From Candidatus Electronema halotolerans (lineage in GTDB: Bacteria > Desulfobacterota > Desulfobulbia > Desulfobulbales > Desulfobulbaceae): 32,000 nucleotides of DNA. Made by a program: the position numbers and the translations under genes. The stretch spans positions 840,001-872,000 of the forward strand of contig OW818675.1 in assembly GCA_942493095.1 (NCBI GenBank), written 5' to 3'. A model generated the notes under the pieces. It saw nothing but the letters and a program-made list of their open reading frames with translations, ran no database searches and had not been told where the DNA came from. Positions 17,396-26,810 of this stretch are shown here, one piece after another; positions within the stretch are counted from its first letter, which is position 1, and each line of letters starts with the position of its first letter.

Positions 17396-18736
17396 TCATT
17401 CTTCTCGCGGCTCCTGCACTTTGGCCTCCAGCAGCTCTTTACTGAACGGCTCCAGATTGCTGCCGACTGCGGCCAGCAGTTGACTTTCCATCTGATGACA
17501 GGCGACAACCGCCTGCGCCAGCCTGCCATGCGTGGCAGTCAGGTCCCGCTGGGCCTCGTTGAGCCGAGTCAGCGAAGCCGCGCCTGCCTCGTATTCGCTT
17601 TTAGCCAATTTTCGGTTCTCCTCCACCAAGGCCACAGTGTCCTTTTGGAGCTGCACCTGCTGGCGGGCCGCAGCCAGCTTGGTCAGTTCTTGCCGCACCT
17701 CAGCGGCAATGCTGTTGCGCAGGGCGGCCCGACTGTAGATGGCCTCGCGCTTGGCCTGCCGAGCCGCAACTGCCGCCGCTTCCACAGCCCCGCCTGAGTA
17801 CAGATTCCAGCTCATGCTCAGAGTCAGGGTGCTGCCAAAGTCATCGGTTTCAGGAAACAGTTTATTCTGACTGCTGCCGCCGACCTGCCCCTGCACTTTG
17901 ACCTTGGGCGCATCATCTGTCTCAGCCAGCCGCACCGCCGCTTCCGCCGCCTTGATCTGCATGGTCAATTTCTGATAATCAGGCCGTTTCTGCAAGGCTT
18001 GACTGATCAAGGCCTCCGCATTCTTCTGCACAGCCGGACCGCAGCTATTGTCCAAATCAGCCAAATCAGGCAATGCGTCATCCTCAATGCCGAGCAAAGC
18101 GGCCAGACCGCTGCGGGCTGCCGCATGGTCGCGCTGGCCGGTGAGCACGCTGTTTTTGGCTGTATTGACCTGCACTTTGATGTTGAGCACATCGCCCCAG
18201 GAGCCTGCGCCAGCATCAAAGCGATGCTGGGCATCAGAAAGCTGCTGCTCGTAAAATTTCTGATCCGCGTCAGCAATGTCAATCGAGGCTTTGGCCAGCT
18301 GGGCATTGAAGAAGGCATCCGCGACCGAGGAAAGCAGCAGCCGCTGGCTGTCCAATTTGCCCTCAACCGACGCGCTTTCACTGTGCTTGGCCTGCAATTC
18401 CTGAAACTTGCGGGCATAGCCGTCAAAGAGCAGCCACGAGGCTTGCAGGCCAAGCTGACTGTTTTTGCCCGTTGAATCAGAGACCGGCCCGCTGTCCACT
18501 TGATACGACAGGCCAAAGGAGCCAATCGCATCCACACTGGGCTGCCAGGCCGCTGCCGCCTGTTTCACTTTGGCTTTGGCCTGCTCAATCCGGGCTTGAG
18601 CCGCGCCAATGCTGGGATTGCCCTGCAAGGCGATCTGCTGGACCTCCCGCAGGTCAATGGTCTTGGGCGGTGTTGCGCCTGGGGCCGGACTGCATGCCAG
18701 ACCAAGCAACAGCAGAGCAAGGGACAGTTTTTTCAT
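17396..18736 (-). CDS. TolC-family outer membrane efflux protein
   Basis: Start set at the ATG at 18734-18736 (MKKLSLALLLLGLACSP signal). The protein has the two-repeat TolC/OEP architecture rich in A/Q/L coiled segments. Its start overlaps the upstream stop as ATGA. Confidence 0.85.
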   Translation of the reverse strand: MKKLSLALLLLGLACSPAPGATPPKTIDLREVQQIALQGNPSIGAAQARIEQAKAKVKQAAAAWQPSVDAIGSFGLSYQVDSGPVSDSTGKNSQLGLQASWLLFDGYARKFQELQAKHSESASVEGKLDSQRLLLSSVADAFFNAQLAKASIDIADADQKFYEQQLSDAQHRFDAGAGSWGDVLNIKVQVNTAKNSVLTGQRDHAAARSGLAALLGIEDDALPDLADLDNSCGPAVQKNAEALISQALQKRPDYQKLTMQIKAAEAAVRLAETDDAPKVKVQGQVGGSSQNKLFPETDDFGSTLTLSMSWNLYSGGAVEAAAVAARQAKREAIYSRAALRNSIAAEVRQELTKLAAARQQVQLQKDTVALVEENRKLAKSEYEAGAASLTRLNEAQRDLTATHGRLAQAVVACHQMESQLLAAVGSNLEPFSKELLEAKVQEPREE

Positions 18737-19746
18737 CGCTTTTCCTGCGGCCCGATGGACGGGCATTCTCTTGGCGGCCCGGCAGGCCGTGGGGGAGGAG
18801 GCGGGGGAAGAGTATTCACTTGAGCATCTGTGAGCCTTTTTTCCGGCAGCAGCTTCTGCTCAATGATCTCCGAGACAGTGCGGCTTTTTTCCCCCTGCGG
18901 ATCAACGCGGTGGAGGAAGTCGAGATAGGCAAGAAAGTCTTGCAGCTCATGTGGCGAGCTGTGGTTGACAATACCATAAACACCGGAACGCATGGAGCTG
19001 AAAACGTTTTCCGCCGCCTGCGCTTCCCTCATGAAATAGTGGGTCAGCCATTTCCGCTCAATGCCATTATACATGCCGACGCTGAGATAGTCATTCCTGC
19101 CCTTGCTTGGCTCCATGTCCGGCTCAAAGCGGCCCGGCTCGCCGTAGTTGGCAAAGCCGGAGCAGGTGTCATAGATGATCGCGTCGGGCAGCGCATTTTT
19201 GCGGCCCTCATCATTCATGCAGCCGGATTTGACCGCAGGATTGAGCCGCCGCAGTTTGGCGGTTAAATCAGTCAAGGTGCCGTAATAGGTTTCATCACCA
19301 AAACAAGCTTGAAAGTCATGGCCACCCGCCCTCTTCCGCTCTGCCTCGGCTTCAGACCGGGGCAGCGCGGAATAGCCGTCCCAGTTGCCATGCCCGACGC
19401 TATGATGATGCGCAGCGATTTCATGACCGCTCTTTTTCCAGCGTTCCAGCGCGGCGGCCCGCTCTTTGTCTGCCAAGAGATAGTCTGCCCACTGTGGCGC
19501 GAACATGAGGGTGAGCTTGATATCGTATTCATCAGCCTTGGCAATCATCTTCGTGAGGATGCGGTATGATTCCTCAGTGAAGAGGCGGTTCTGCTCATGA
19601 TTGAACGGCTCGTTGTGGATGGCGATAAAGTACCAAGGAATGCTGGTCTTCTTCTCCTGCGGCTCCGCTGCGCCGCAGCAGGTTGCCACTGTCATGAGGG
19701 CGAGGCCGACAAGAGCTGCCCATTTTTCTTTTGTCCAGATATTCAT
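18733..19746 (-). CDS. hypothetical exported protein, tentatively polysaccharide-deacetylase-like, with proline-rich C-terminus
   Basis: Signal peptide (ALVGLALMTVATCCGAAEP). His-rich motifs IAIHNEP and HEIAAHHHSVGH suggest a metal-dependent hydrolase. Translationally coupled on both sides. The functional call is weak. Confidence 0.55.
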   Translation of the reverse strand: MNIWTKEKWAALVGLALMTVATCCGAAEPQEKKTSIPWYFIAIHNEPFNHEQNRLFTEESYRILTKMIAKADEYDIKLTLMFAPQWADYLLADKERAAALERWKKSGHEIAAHHHSVGHGNWDGYSALPRSEAEAERKRAGGHDFQACFGDETYYGTLTDLTAKLRRLNPAVKSGCMNDEGRKNALPDAIIYDTCSGFANYGEPGRFEPDMEPSKGRNDYLSVGMYNGIERKWLTHYFMREAQAAENVFSSMRSGVYGIVNHSSPHELQDFLAYLDFLHRVDPQGEKSRTVSEIIEQKLLPEKRLTDAQVNTLPPPPPPRPAGPPRECPSIGPQEKR

Positions 19747-19880
19747 TGATTTGTGTCAGAGCAGGTTCCGCCCTCCGGGCTGTTGCCGCCGCATTGGCCG
19801 ATGAGATTATGAGGCCCGCAGGCGGCAATGAAAAAGGCAAGGGCGGCGGCGCAGAACAGCAGTTTAAGCATGGTTTTCAT
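19743..19880 (-). CDS. small lipoprotein (45 aa), absent from the ORF track
   Basis: My translation is MKTMLKLLFCAAALAFFIAACGPHNLIGQCGGNSPEGGTCSDTNQ. GGAGGAGAAC lies directly upstream. The lipobox is FIAAC. The stop overlaps the next start as ATGA. Confidence 0.55.
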   Translation of the reverse strand: MKTMLKLLFCAAALAFFIAACGPHNLIGQCGGNSPEGGTCSDTNQ

Positions 19881-19936
19881 GTTCTCCTCCTTGAGTTGTG
19901 GTCAGCAGGAATAGCGCGGCTGGTGTCGTTTGTTTC

Positions 19937-19964
19937 ACTATAGAACTGCTGCCGTGCTTGTCAA
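19937..19964 (-). promoter_or_regulatory. sigma70-like promoter for the lipoprotein/deacetylase-like/TolC operon
   Basis: The minus strand reads TTGACA, a 16-nt spacer (AGCACGGCAGCAGTTC), then TATAGT. It sits about 55 nt upstream of the small lipoprotein ATG. Confidence 0.5.
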
Positions 19965-20116
19965 GCGCAAAGGGCTGCGACGCAGGAGAATCAAAGCGCA
20001 GCGGGCCGCGAGTTTGACAACCTTGCGAATAAGGATGGTCTCCTCTTGAGCGCGGCTGAATAATTGTTTATCCTTCTGTGTGTGTCAACTGGTTATCGGC
20101 AAAGAAGGAGGAGAAT

Positions 20117-20188
20117 ATGGCTGAACTTGCGAAAGCCGGTGATTTCTGTCCGAACCGTGCCCGTGCAGGCGTTCGGTGTTTTCCATGA
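20117..20188 (+). CDS. 23-codon upstream ORF coupled to mnmA
   Basis: ATG at 20117 preceded by AAGAAGGAGGAG. It encodes MAELAKAGDFCPNRARAGVRCFP. The TGA stop overlaps the mnmA ATG at 20185 as ATGA. Confidence 0.35.
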   Translation: MAELAKAGDFCPNRARAGVRCFP

Positions 20189-21198
20189 AGACTGTCGGCA
20201 TTGCCCTGAGCGGCGGGGTGGATTCCACCACTGCCGCTGCTCTATTGCTCAAGCAGGGCCTGACAGTGGAAGGCTTTTTCATGCTCCTGCTGCCGGAGAG
20301 CGAAAAACAGGTCGGCAAAGTTCAGCTTGTTGCTGACCAGCTCGGCATTGCCCTGCATCTTGTTGATCTGCGCCAGCAGTTCCAAGAGCAGATCATCGCC
20401 GCCTTTGCCGCTGCCTATCAGCAGGGCCTGACTCCCAATCCCTGCGTGGTTTGCAACGAGCTGATCAAAGGCGGCCTGCTCATGGAGGCGATGCTTGCCC
20501 ACGGCATGGAGGCGATGGCCACTGGCCATTATGCGCAGATCAGAAACGGCAGGCTCTGCCGGGGCAGCGATCCCAGCAAAGATCAATCCTATTTCCTCTG
20601 CCGCCTTGCTGCTGATCAGCTCGCCCGGCTCATCCTGCCACTCGGCGCGTGGCGCAAGGAAGATGTTTTCGCTCAAGCGCGGGCATTGGGCTTCCAGCAT
20701 TTTGACGGCAGCGAGAGCCAAGATGTCTGCTTTTTGGCCGGGCAGACCTTAGCTGCTTTTCTTGCCGAGCAAGGCGTGGCCAGCCGCAGCGGCGAAATCG
20801 TGACAGCGGACGGCAGGATTTTGGGAGAGCACCAAGGCTGCTGGCAATACACAGTCGGGCAGCGGCGGGGCTTGGGCCTTCCTGATGCAACTCCGTGGTA
20901 TGTGATCGCACTTGATGCGCAGCGCAATCAAGTGATCGTCGGCAAAAATGAGGAGCTGTTCCAGCGCGGGCTGCTCCTGACGGATCTGCGTTGGCAAATT
21001 GCGCCGCCGGAACAGTGGCAGGGCTTGGTTCAGCTTCGTTCACGCCACCGGGCGGCAGAGGCCCAAGTCATGCCTGCGGCCCAGGACTGCTGGCGGGTCT
21101 GCTTTGCCGAGCCGCAGCGGGCGATCACGCCGGGCCAGTTCGCGGTCTTGTATGAAAATGACGCTGTGGCTGGTTCAGGTGTGATCAGGCAGGCATGA
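20185..21198 (+). CDS. mnmA: tRNA 2-thiouridine(34) synthase
   Basis: PP-loop motif (IALSGGVDSTTAA), CVVCN and MATGHYA, with MnmA family similarity throughout. The alternative GTG start at 20176 has no RBS. Confidence 0.9.
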   Translation: MKTVGIALSGGVDSTTAAALLLKQGLTVEGFFMLLLPESEKQVGKVQLVADQLGIALHLVDLRQQFQEQIIAAFAAAYQQGLTPNPCVVCNELIKGGLLMEAMLAHGMEAMATGHYAQIRNGRLCRGSDPSKDQSYFLCRLAADQLARLILPLGAWRKEDVFAQARALGFQHFDGSESQDVCFLAGQTLAAFLAEQGVASRSGEIVTADGRILGEHQGCWQYTVGQRRGLGLPDATPWYVIALDAQRNQVIVGKNEELFQRGLLLTDLRWQIAPPEQWQGLVQLRSRHRAAEAQVMPAAQDCWRVCFAEPQRAITPGQFAVLYENDAVAGSGVIRQA

Positions 21199-21291
21199 GT
21201 TGCAATCATCGTCTCTGGATGCTACCATTGACACACGATTTGAACCGCAAATTCAAAGCAAACATTTCTGAGCGCAACCAAGGAGGAGTGC

Positions 21292-22467
21292 ATGGACAAC
21301 AAGGCATCTGATAGCGGTATTATTACCGAATTTCTCAAAATGGAGGCAGCGGGTGGCATCCTGCTCATGGCGGCAATGGTGCTGGCCATCATCAGTGCCA
21401 ACAGCTTTCTCTCTCCGTTGTATGACGGCCTTTTTTCCGCTGAGATACTCGGCCTTTCCGTGACCACATGGATCAACGACGGCCCGATGGCGGTCTTTTT
21501 TTTCTTAGTTGGCTTGGAGCTGAAACGGGAATTTCTCGACGGCGAGCTGTCAGATCGAAAAAAGGTCATGCTGCCGGTGATCGGCGCGGTCGGTGGAATG
21601 CTCTTTCCCGCCCTGATTTATGTGCTTTTCAACTGGGGCGATGACAAAGCCGTGCATGGCTGGGCCATTCCCGCCGCCACAGACATCGCCTTTGCCTTGG
21701 GCGTGCTCAGTCTGCTCGGCCCCAAGGTGCCGAACGCGCTGAAAGTCTTTCTCACCTCGCTGGCGATTTTTGACGACATGGGCGCAGTGCTGATCATCGC
21801 CTTGTTCTACACCGCCAAAATTTCCGTCCTTGCCTTGGCATTTGCCGCCCTCTTGGTGCTGGTGCTGGCCGCTCTCAACAGCTTGAATGTGACTAAGAAA
21901 ATACCCTATATCGCGGTCGGCCTGCTCCTCTGGTTCGCCACGCTGAAATCCGGGGTGCATGCCACTGTTGCCGGCGTGGTGCTGGCCATGTTCATTCCTC
22001 TGAAGGGCAAAAATGAAGCCGAAGCTTCACCGCTGAAAAGTCTGGAGCATGACCTGCATTCCTTTGTCGCCTTCATCATTCTGCCGATTTTCGCCTTTGC
22101 CAATTCCGGCATTGACCTGCGCGGCATGGGCATGGCGCAGGTGTTTGACAGTGTGCCGGTCGGCGTGGCTCTGGGCCTGTTTTTTGGCAAGCAGGCCGGA
22201 ATTTTTGCGGTCTGCTGGCTGGCAGTCAAGTTCGGCCTGGCCCAGCTGCCCAAGGAGGTGAACTGGACCAATCTCTACGGAGTCTGCGCCCTCTGCGGCA
22301 TCGGCTTCACCATGAGTCTGTTCGTCGGCTCCTTGGCCTTTCCAGGCGAGCAGCCCTTTGATGAACGCATCGGCATTATTGCCGGTTCCCTGCTTTCCGG
22401 CCTTGTCGGCTATGCTGTCCTGCATTTTTCCAAAGACGGCAGGAACGCCTTGGCAAACCCGGCCTGA
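21292..22467 (+). CDS. nhaA: Na+/H+ antiporter NhaA
   Basis: AAGGAGGAG RBS. NhaA motifs are present: WINDGPMAVFFFLVGLELKRE, AIPAATDIAFALG, LAIFDDMGAV. Confidence 0.92.
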   Translation: MDNKASDSGIITEFLKMEAAGGILLMAAMVLAIISANSFLSPLYDGLFSAEILGLSVTTWINDGPMAVFFFLVGLELKREFLDGELSDRKKVMLPVIGAVGGMLFPALIYVLFNWGDDKAVHGWAIPAATDIAFALGVLSLLGPKVPNALKVFLTSLAIFDDMGAVLIIALFYTAKISVLALAFAALLVLVLAALNSLNVTKKIPYIAVGLLLWFATLKSGVHATVAGVVLAMFIPLKGKNEAEASPLKSLEHDLHSFVAFIILPIFAFANSGIDLRGMGMAQVFDSVPVGVALGLFFGKQAGIFAVCWLAVKFGLAQLPKEVNWTNLYGVCALCGIGFTMSLFVGSLAFPGEQPFDERIGIIAGSLLSGLVGYAVLHFSKDGRNALANPA

Positions 22468-22527
22468 TCTGCCGCCATCACCACCAGCGAGCTGCGGGCA
22501 ATGCTCCCGGCTCGCTGCAACTCTCCG

Positions 22528-23202
22528 TTACTTCTTCTCCATCTGGGCGATAAAGGCGTTGGATTCAGCAATGGACGCATTCATTCTGCTGATCAAGGTC
22601 TGGATATTCTCTTTCAGGCCAGCAAATTCCGTGCGTAATGAGCCAATTGCCTGCGCATTGAGATTGTGCTTGAGAAAAAGGACATTGTCATGAAAAATGC
22701 GCAGAACTGGAGCCATGCTCTTTTCCGCCGTCCGCATCGAGGCCAGCATGTCCCGGTAGCGGGATTTGGTCTCCCTGAGCTGCTGCCTGCTGTTCGCCTG
22801 CAAGGTTTTATTTTCGTACTGATCTAACTCCTCCTGCCATTCCTCAAACAGGTCTTCAGCAACTTTGTCAACTTTGTCAATCCGATCTGAAACAGCTTCG
22901 CTTGCCTTCTCACAGTCAAGATATTCGTCATTGAGCTTGTCGTAGGCTTTTTTCAAATCCGTCTCTTTCAGCTCCACCACAGAAGCAAACTGCTCCAAGG
23001 CGGATTTGAACTGTTCCTGCGCCTCGGTCTGCGCATCCCGTGCGCCCTCGACCCGATCAACCAAAATGTCCCGCTTGTGAATGCCGACTTTTTCCATAGC
23101 CGAGTAATAGGTATTTGAGCAGCCGCCCGTGCAGCCGCTAAGAAGCAGAATAATGAAAAACAGCGCGGCAGTTCTGCCATTGCTTTGTTTGGCAAAAGAC
23201 AT
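22528..23202 (-). CDS. DUF2959-family lipoprotein
   Basis: Lipobox LLSGC, followed by YYSAMEKVGIHKRDILVDRVEGARDAQ, which is typical of DUF2959. GGGAGGGG RBS. Confidence 0.7.
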   Translation of the reverse strand: MSFAKQSNGRTAALFFIILLLSGCTGGCSNTYYSAMEKVGIHKRDILVDRVEGARDAQTEAQEQFKSALEQFASVVELKETDLKKAYDKLNDEYLDCEKASEAVSDRIDKVDKVAEDLFEEWQEELDQYENKTLQANSRQQLRETKSRYRDMLASMRTAEKSMAPVLRIFHDNVLFLKHNLNAQAIGSLRTEFAGLKENIQTLISRMNASIAESNAFIAQMEKK

Positions 23203-23580
23203 TTTTTCCCCTCCCTTTGCATAAAAAATAACATCAGTCGTTGGCTACTGGTTGCGGTCATCGCCGCAGTCTTCCAGCTTGCCAGGCACATTTATCGGTC
23301 AAACAGAGCGAAGAATCTACCCGGCCAGCAGCAGATGTCAAGAGCAATCTGTCAAGTGTTCCAGGAACTCAGAACAGGAAGGCAGCCTTGCGGCCTGCCG
23401 CAGAAAAAAGAGAGCAACATCTTGTTTCGATTTTTAAAAAGAACGCTGGTCAGAGATTCAACCGGGCCGATTTTTTTTGTCCTTGACAGAACCCCCTGTT
23501 TTATAGTCTATTAAACATCTTGCGTGAAACACGCCGATGATCTATTTGTCACTGATTTCAGATATAACAGGAGGACAGGC

Positions 23581-23892
23581 ATGTATGCCATAGTGCGGAC
23601 TGGCGGAAAACAGTATCAGGTTGCGGTTGGCGACCGGCTGAAGGTGGAGAAACTTGAAGGCGAAGTCGGCGACACAGTGGAGCTGGCTGACGTGCTCTTG
23701 GTGGCTGACGGCGACAACGTCTCCATTGGCGCGCCAGTGATTGATGGAGCCAAGGTGGTCGCCAGGATCGCCGAGCAGGGCCGGGCCAAGAAAGTGCTGG
23801 TCTTCAAAAAGAAACGACGGAAAAACTATCAGGTGCTGCGCGGGCACCGTCAGCAGTTCACTGCCCTGAGCATTGAGCAGATCATGCAGTGA
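23581..23892 (+). CDS. rplU: 50S ribosomal protein L21
   Basis: ATG at 23581 preceded by AGGAGGA. Canonical N-terminus MYAIVRTGGKQYQV. Confidence 0.95.
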   Translation: MYAIVRTGGKQYQVAVGDRLKVEKLEGEVGDTVELADVLLVADGDNVSIGAPVIDGAKVVARIAEQGRAKKVLVFKKKRRKNYQVLRGHRQQFTALSIEQIMQ

Positions 23893-23947
23893 GGACAGCT
23901 AACTGACTTTTTTTCTCATTCCTTTTTAATTTTCTTGGAGAACCTTC

Positions 23948-24259
23948 ATGGCCCATAAAAAAGCAGGCGGCAGTTCGAGAAACGGTCGCGACAGTGCAGG
24001 ACAGCGGCGCGGAGTGAAACGCTTCGGCGGCCAGAGCGTGACAGCAGGCAGCATTCTGGTGCGGCAGCTCGGCACCAGAATTCATCCTGGCACCAATGTC
24101 GGCTGCGGACGCGACTACACCCTGTTTGCCAAGATCGACGGGATTGTTCAGTATGAGAAGTTTGGCAAAGACCGCAAGCGGGTCTCAGTGTATCCTGTAG
24201 CGGAAGCTGATGCTTCCTGTTCCTGCGCCCAGCAGCAACAATGCGGAGCAGACTGCTGA
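23948..24259 (+). CDS. rpmA: 50S ribosomal protein L27 (with Cys-rich C-terminal extension)
   Basis: [16 protein letters not shown]... is the canonical L27 N-terminus. Confidence 0.95.
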   Translation: MAHKKAGGSSRNGRDSAGQRRGVKRFGGQSVTAGSILVRQLGTRIHPGTNVGCGRDYTLFAKIDGIVQYEKFGKDRKRVSVYPVAEADASCSCAQQQQCGADC

Positions 24260-24292
24260 ATTTTCCGGCGGCGGCGCAGGCTGGAACAGCAA

Positions 24293-24326
24293 CCCGATGC
24301 CAGTTCTGTGGTGTCGGGTTTTTTTT
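24293..24326 (+). terminator. Rho-independent terminator after rpmA
   Basis: Stem CCCGATGCC/GGTGTCGGG (including G-U pairs), 8-nt loop, then a T8 run at 24319-24326. Confidence 0.7.
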
Positions 24327-24347
24327 ATGGGCATGATCAATAGTCCG

Positions 24348-25496
24348 TCATCCTGATGCGGTGCGGCTTTTTCGCAACGCAGCCAAGGTCTGCATTGCAG
24401 TCCGCTGCCACGTGAATGCTTCAGCCCAAGCCCTGCCCAGTTCAGCCCGGCGGTTGCGCTCCTGCGCAGACAACCGCAGCAAATCTTTGATTTTGTCAGC
24501 CAGCAGCTCCGGCTCCGGCGCATCAACATAACACGCTGCCGCACCGCCAACTTCCGGCAGCGAAGCCGCCTTCACTGTCACCACTGGCAGCCCGGCCAGC
24601 AAGGCCTCAAGCACGGGCAGGCCAAATCCCTCATAGCTCGACGGAAGAACAAAGACTGCCGCAGCCTGATACAGCGTCCGCAATTCCTCTTCCGTCAGTC
24701 CATGCAGGCGCAGCACCCGCTCCGGGCTGCTGATCTTGAGCAGGCTTTTTCTGACCGCCTCCTCGCCACGCCGCGCCTTGCCGACCATAACTAACTGATG
24801 CGGCATTTCGTCTTGCAGCAGCGCAACAGCATCAATTAACTTATCAATATTTTTATGCGGATAGCTGTGCGCCACGCAGAGCAGGAACCGAGGTTGGACA
24901 TGCAGGCGGCCCAGAATCTGTTCCGTTTGCTCTGGTGCCAGCCGATGTTGGGCAAAATTGTTGCTCACGCCCAGCAGCACAGCATGAACTTTTTCCGGCG
25001 GAGCAAAACCGTATTTGATCACCTCCTGCCGGGAGAACTCGGAGATGGTCAGCACAGTTTGACAGCGGCTACAGGCTGTCCTGACCAAGATATCCAAGAC
25101 AGTGCGCTCCAGCCAGCTCATGTCTTGAGGATAGCTTTTATATTGCAGATCACAGACCGTCACGGCCTGCGGCGAAAAGCAGACTGCCGGAGCCGTGTAA
25201 CCCGGTGACCAGAGCACATCAACCGCTGCTTTACGGGCCGCAAAAGGAAGCAGGAATTGCTCGGCAAGAATCCGCACAGGCCGCACAGCCGCCTTGCAGG
25301 GAATTTGCTGCAATTCGACCTGCGGAAACGCGGCTAAGTCCGTGCGCAGAAGTTGGTCGTTCTCCTTGTTGGTGAACAGAACCAGCGTGTCATTTGCAGC
25401 CAGCTCCGCCATAGCCTTGACAGTTTCACGCAAATAAACTTCTGTGCCGCCCACATCACCGGGCACAAGAAACAGGGTGTTGATGCCTATGCGCAT
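24348..25496 (-). CDS. glycosyltransferase family 4 (GT-B fold)
   Basis: MRIGINTLFLVPGDVGGTEVY N-terminus and a C-terminal PSSYEGFGLPVLEALLAGLPVV motif. Confidence 0.85.
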   Translation of the reverse strand: MRIGINTLFLVPGDVGGTEVYLRETVKAMAELAANDTLVLFTNKENDQLLRTDLAAFPQVELQQIPCKAAVRPVRILAEQFLLPFAARKAAVDVLWSPGYTAPAVCFSPQAVTVCDLQYKSYPQDMSWLERTVLDILVRTACSRCQTVLTISEFSRQEVIKYGFAPPEKVHAVLLGVSNNFAQHRLAPEQTEQILGRLHVQPRFLLCVAHSYPHKNIDKLIDAVALLQDEMPHQLVMVGKARRGEEAVRKSLLKISSPERVLRLHGLTEEELRTLYQAAAVFVLPSSYEGFGLPVLEALLAGLPVVTVKAASLPEVGGAAACYVDAPEPELLADKIKDLLRLSAQERNRRAELGRAWAEAFTWQRTAMQTLAALRKSRTASG

Positions 25497-26284
25497 GAGG
25501 TTCTCCTGCGGCTGGCCATGAGCGAGTAGATGCCGACAATGCCCCAGCGGACAAAAAAATGGGCAACAGCCTGTGGGCTGAAGCGGCCTGCATCAGCCTG
25601 TGCCGCCTCGTATTCCTCCCGGAACTGGGCCGCGAACTGCTGCCCGCTGATCGACTGCTCATGCCAGCGGAAGGCGGCCAAAGGTGCGCCCGGCACCTGC
25701 ACCGCCTCGCCGCTGCGCCAGAGCCGGAGGAGAAATTCGTAATCCCAAGCCGCAATCATGTCCTCCCGCAGCGGCCCGGCTTGGGCAAAGGCGGAGCGGC
25801 GGAAAAACAAGGCTGGCTGGGAGAGATAATTGATGCACTGGAATATGAAGCGGGAGGAGAGGGGATAAAAGAACTCCTTGAAGCGGGTGATGCCAGCCCG
25901 GATTTCCTGCCCCTGCGCATCAATGATCGGACAGCCGCCAAAGCATAAAGCCGACTCTGGCCTGCATTGCAGAGCCTGCCGCACCCGCCGCAGTGCGCCA
26001 GGATAATAGAAATCATCCGCATTCAGCCACGCCAAGACCTCGCCGTTAGCCGCAGCCAAGCCCTTGTTGATGGCATTGGCCGGGCCGCTGTCTGATTCAA
26101 TAATTATTCTGGCGAGCTGCTGGGAATATTTTTCTATAATCTCGTGCGAGTTGTCTGTGCTGCCGCCGTCAACAATGATATATTCCAGCTCAATCCCGTC
26201 ATCCGCCTGACTGATGACACTGCGCAGCGTCTGCTCCAGAAATTTGCCGCCATTGTAATTCGGGGTTATAATCGAGAACAGCAT
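25487..26284 (-). CDS. glycosyltransferase family 2
   Basis: FSIITPNYNGGKFLEQTLRSVISQ and IVDGGSTDNS motifs. It overlaps the downstream GT4 gene by 10 nt. Confidence 0.85.
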   Translation of the reverse strand: MLFSIITPNYNGGKFLEQTLRSVISQADDGIELEYIIVDGGSTDNSHEIIEKYSQQLARIIIESDSGPANAINKGLAAANGEVLAWLNADDFYYPGALRRVRQALQCRPESALCFGGCPIIDAQGQEIRAGITRFKEFFYPLSSRFIFQCINYLSQPALFFRRSAFAQAGPLREDMIAAWDYEFLLRLWRSGEAVQVPGAPLAAFRWHEQSISGQQFAAQFREEYEAAQADAGRFSPQAVAHFFVRWGIVGIYSLMASRRRTSCA

Positions 26285-26781
26285 ATTGGTCTGATTTTTC
26301 CTTGCTTATCTCAAAATTTTCAGGACGGAACGCGACAGCGGTCACAGTTTTCTTGACAAATGCCCTTTTTACCGGGTTGGGATGAGCAGGCCGTTTCTGC
26401 CCGCTCCTCAAATAATAAGGTGTCAGGCGGATTTCGCAAGAAAAAAAGACGGCAGGATCATGTCCTGCGAAAACCGCGATTGCGCCGCAATCCTCTCCCG
26501 ATGGTTGACTTATGCCGACCAAGCTGCGAGACTATGACCGACGGCGTAAATCCTGCTTGCTTCAAGGCGTAAATCTGGTTACGTTCTGATTCGGTGCGTT
26601 GTCTGGCATTGCTTCGTGCGCGCTCCTTTTGTCAGGCCGTGAGACTTGCGTCATCATAAAACTGAAGCAGGATAACATCCCGTAATGTTTCCCGTCATTT
26701 TGGCGCGTTGCACGGGCAGACACAGCACTTGCCGGACAGGAAGGAAATTGCTTCCCAGCGCGGCATGGAGGATTCTTCCTG

Positions 26782-26810
26782 TTGACTTTGCTGCATTTCC
26801 TTTTTATGCT
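26782..26810 (+). promoter_or_regulatory. sigma70-like promoter candidate for the REC-HK/Hsp70 operon
   Basis: TTGACT (26782-26787), 17-nt spacer, TATGCT (26805-26810). Confidence 0.35.

Noticed and set aside
18472-19266. 264-aa plus-strand ORF
   Set aside because: It is antisense across the junction of the TolC gene and the deacetylase-like gene, with no RBS or similarity.
22468-22527. Hairpin CAGCGAGC...GCTCGCTG between the convergent nhaA and DUF2959 genes
   Set aside because: The stem is 8 bp with a 17-nt loop and no T-tract on either strand, which is too weak to call a terminator.
23483-23507. TTGACA ... TATAGT promoter-like hexamers upstream of rplU
   Set aside because: The spacer is only 13 nt, which is too short for sigma70. 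An alternative -10 (TAGTCT, 15-nt spacer) is weak. It is plausible but not supportable from sequence alone.
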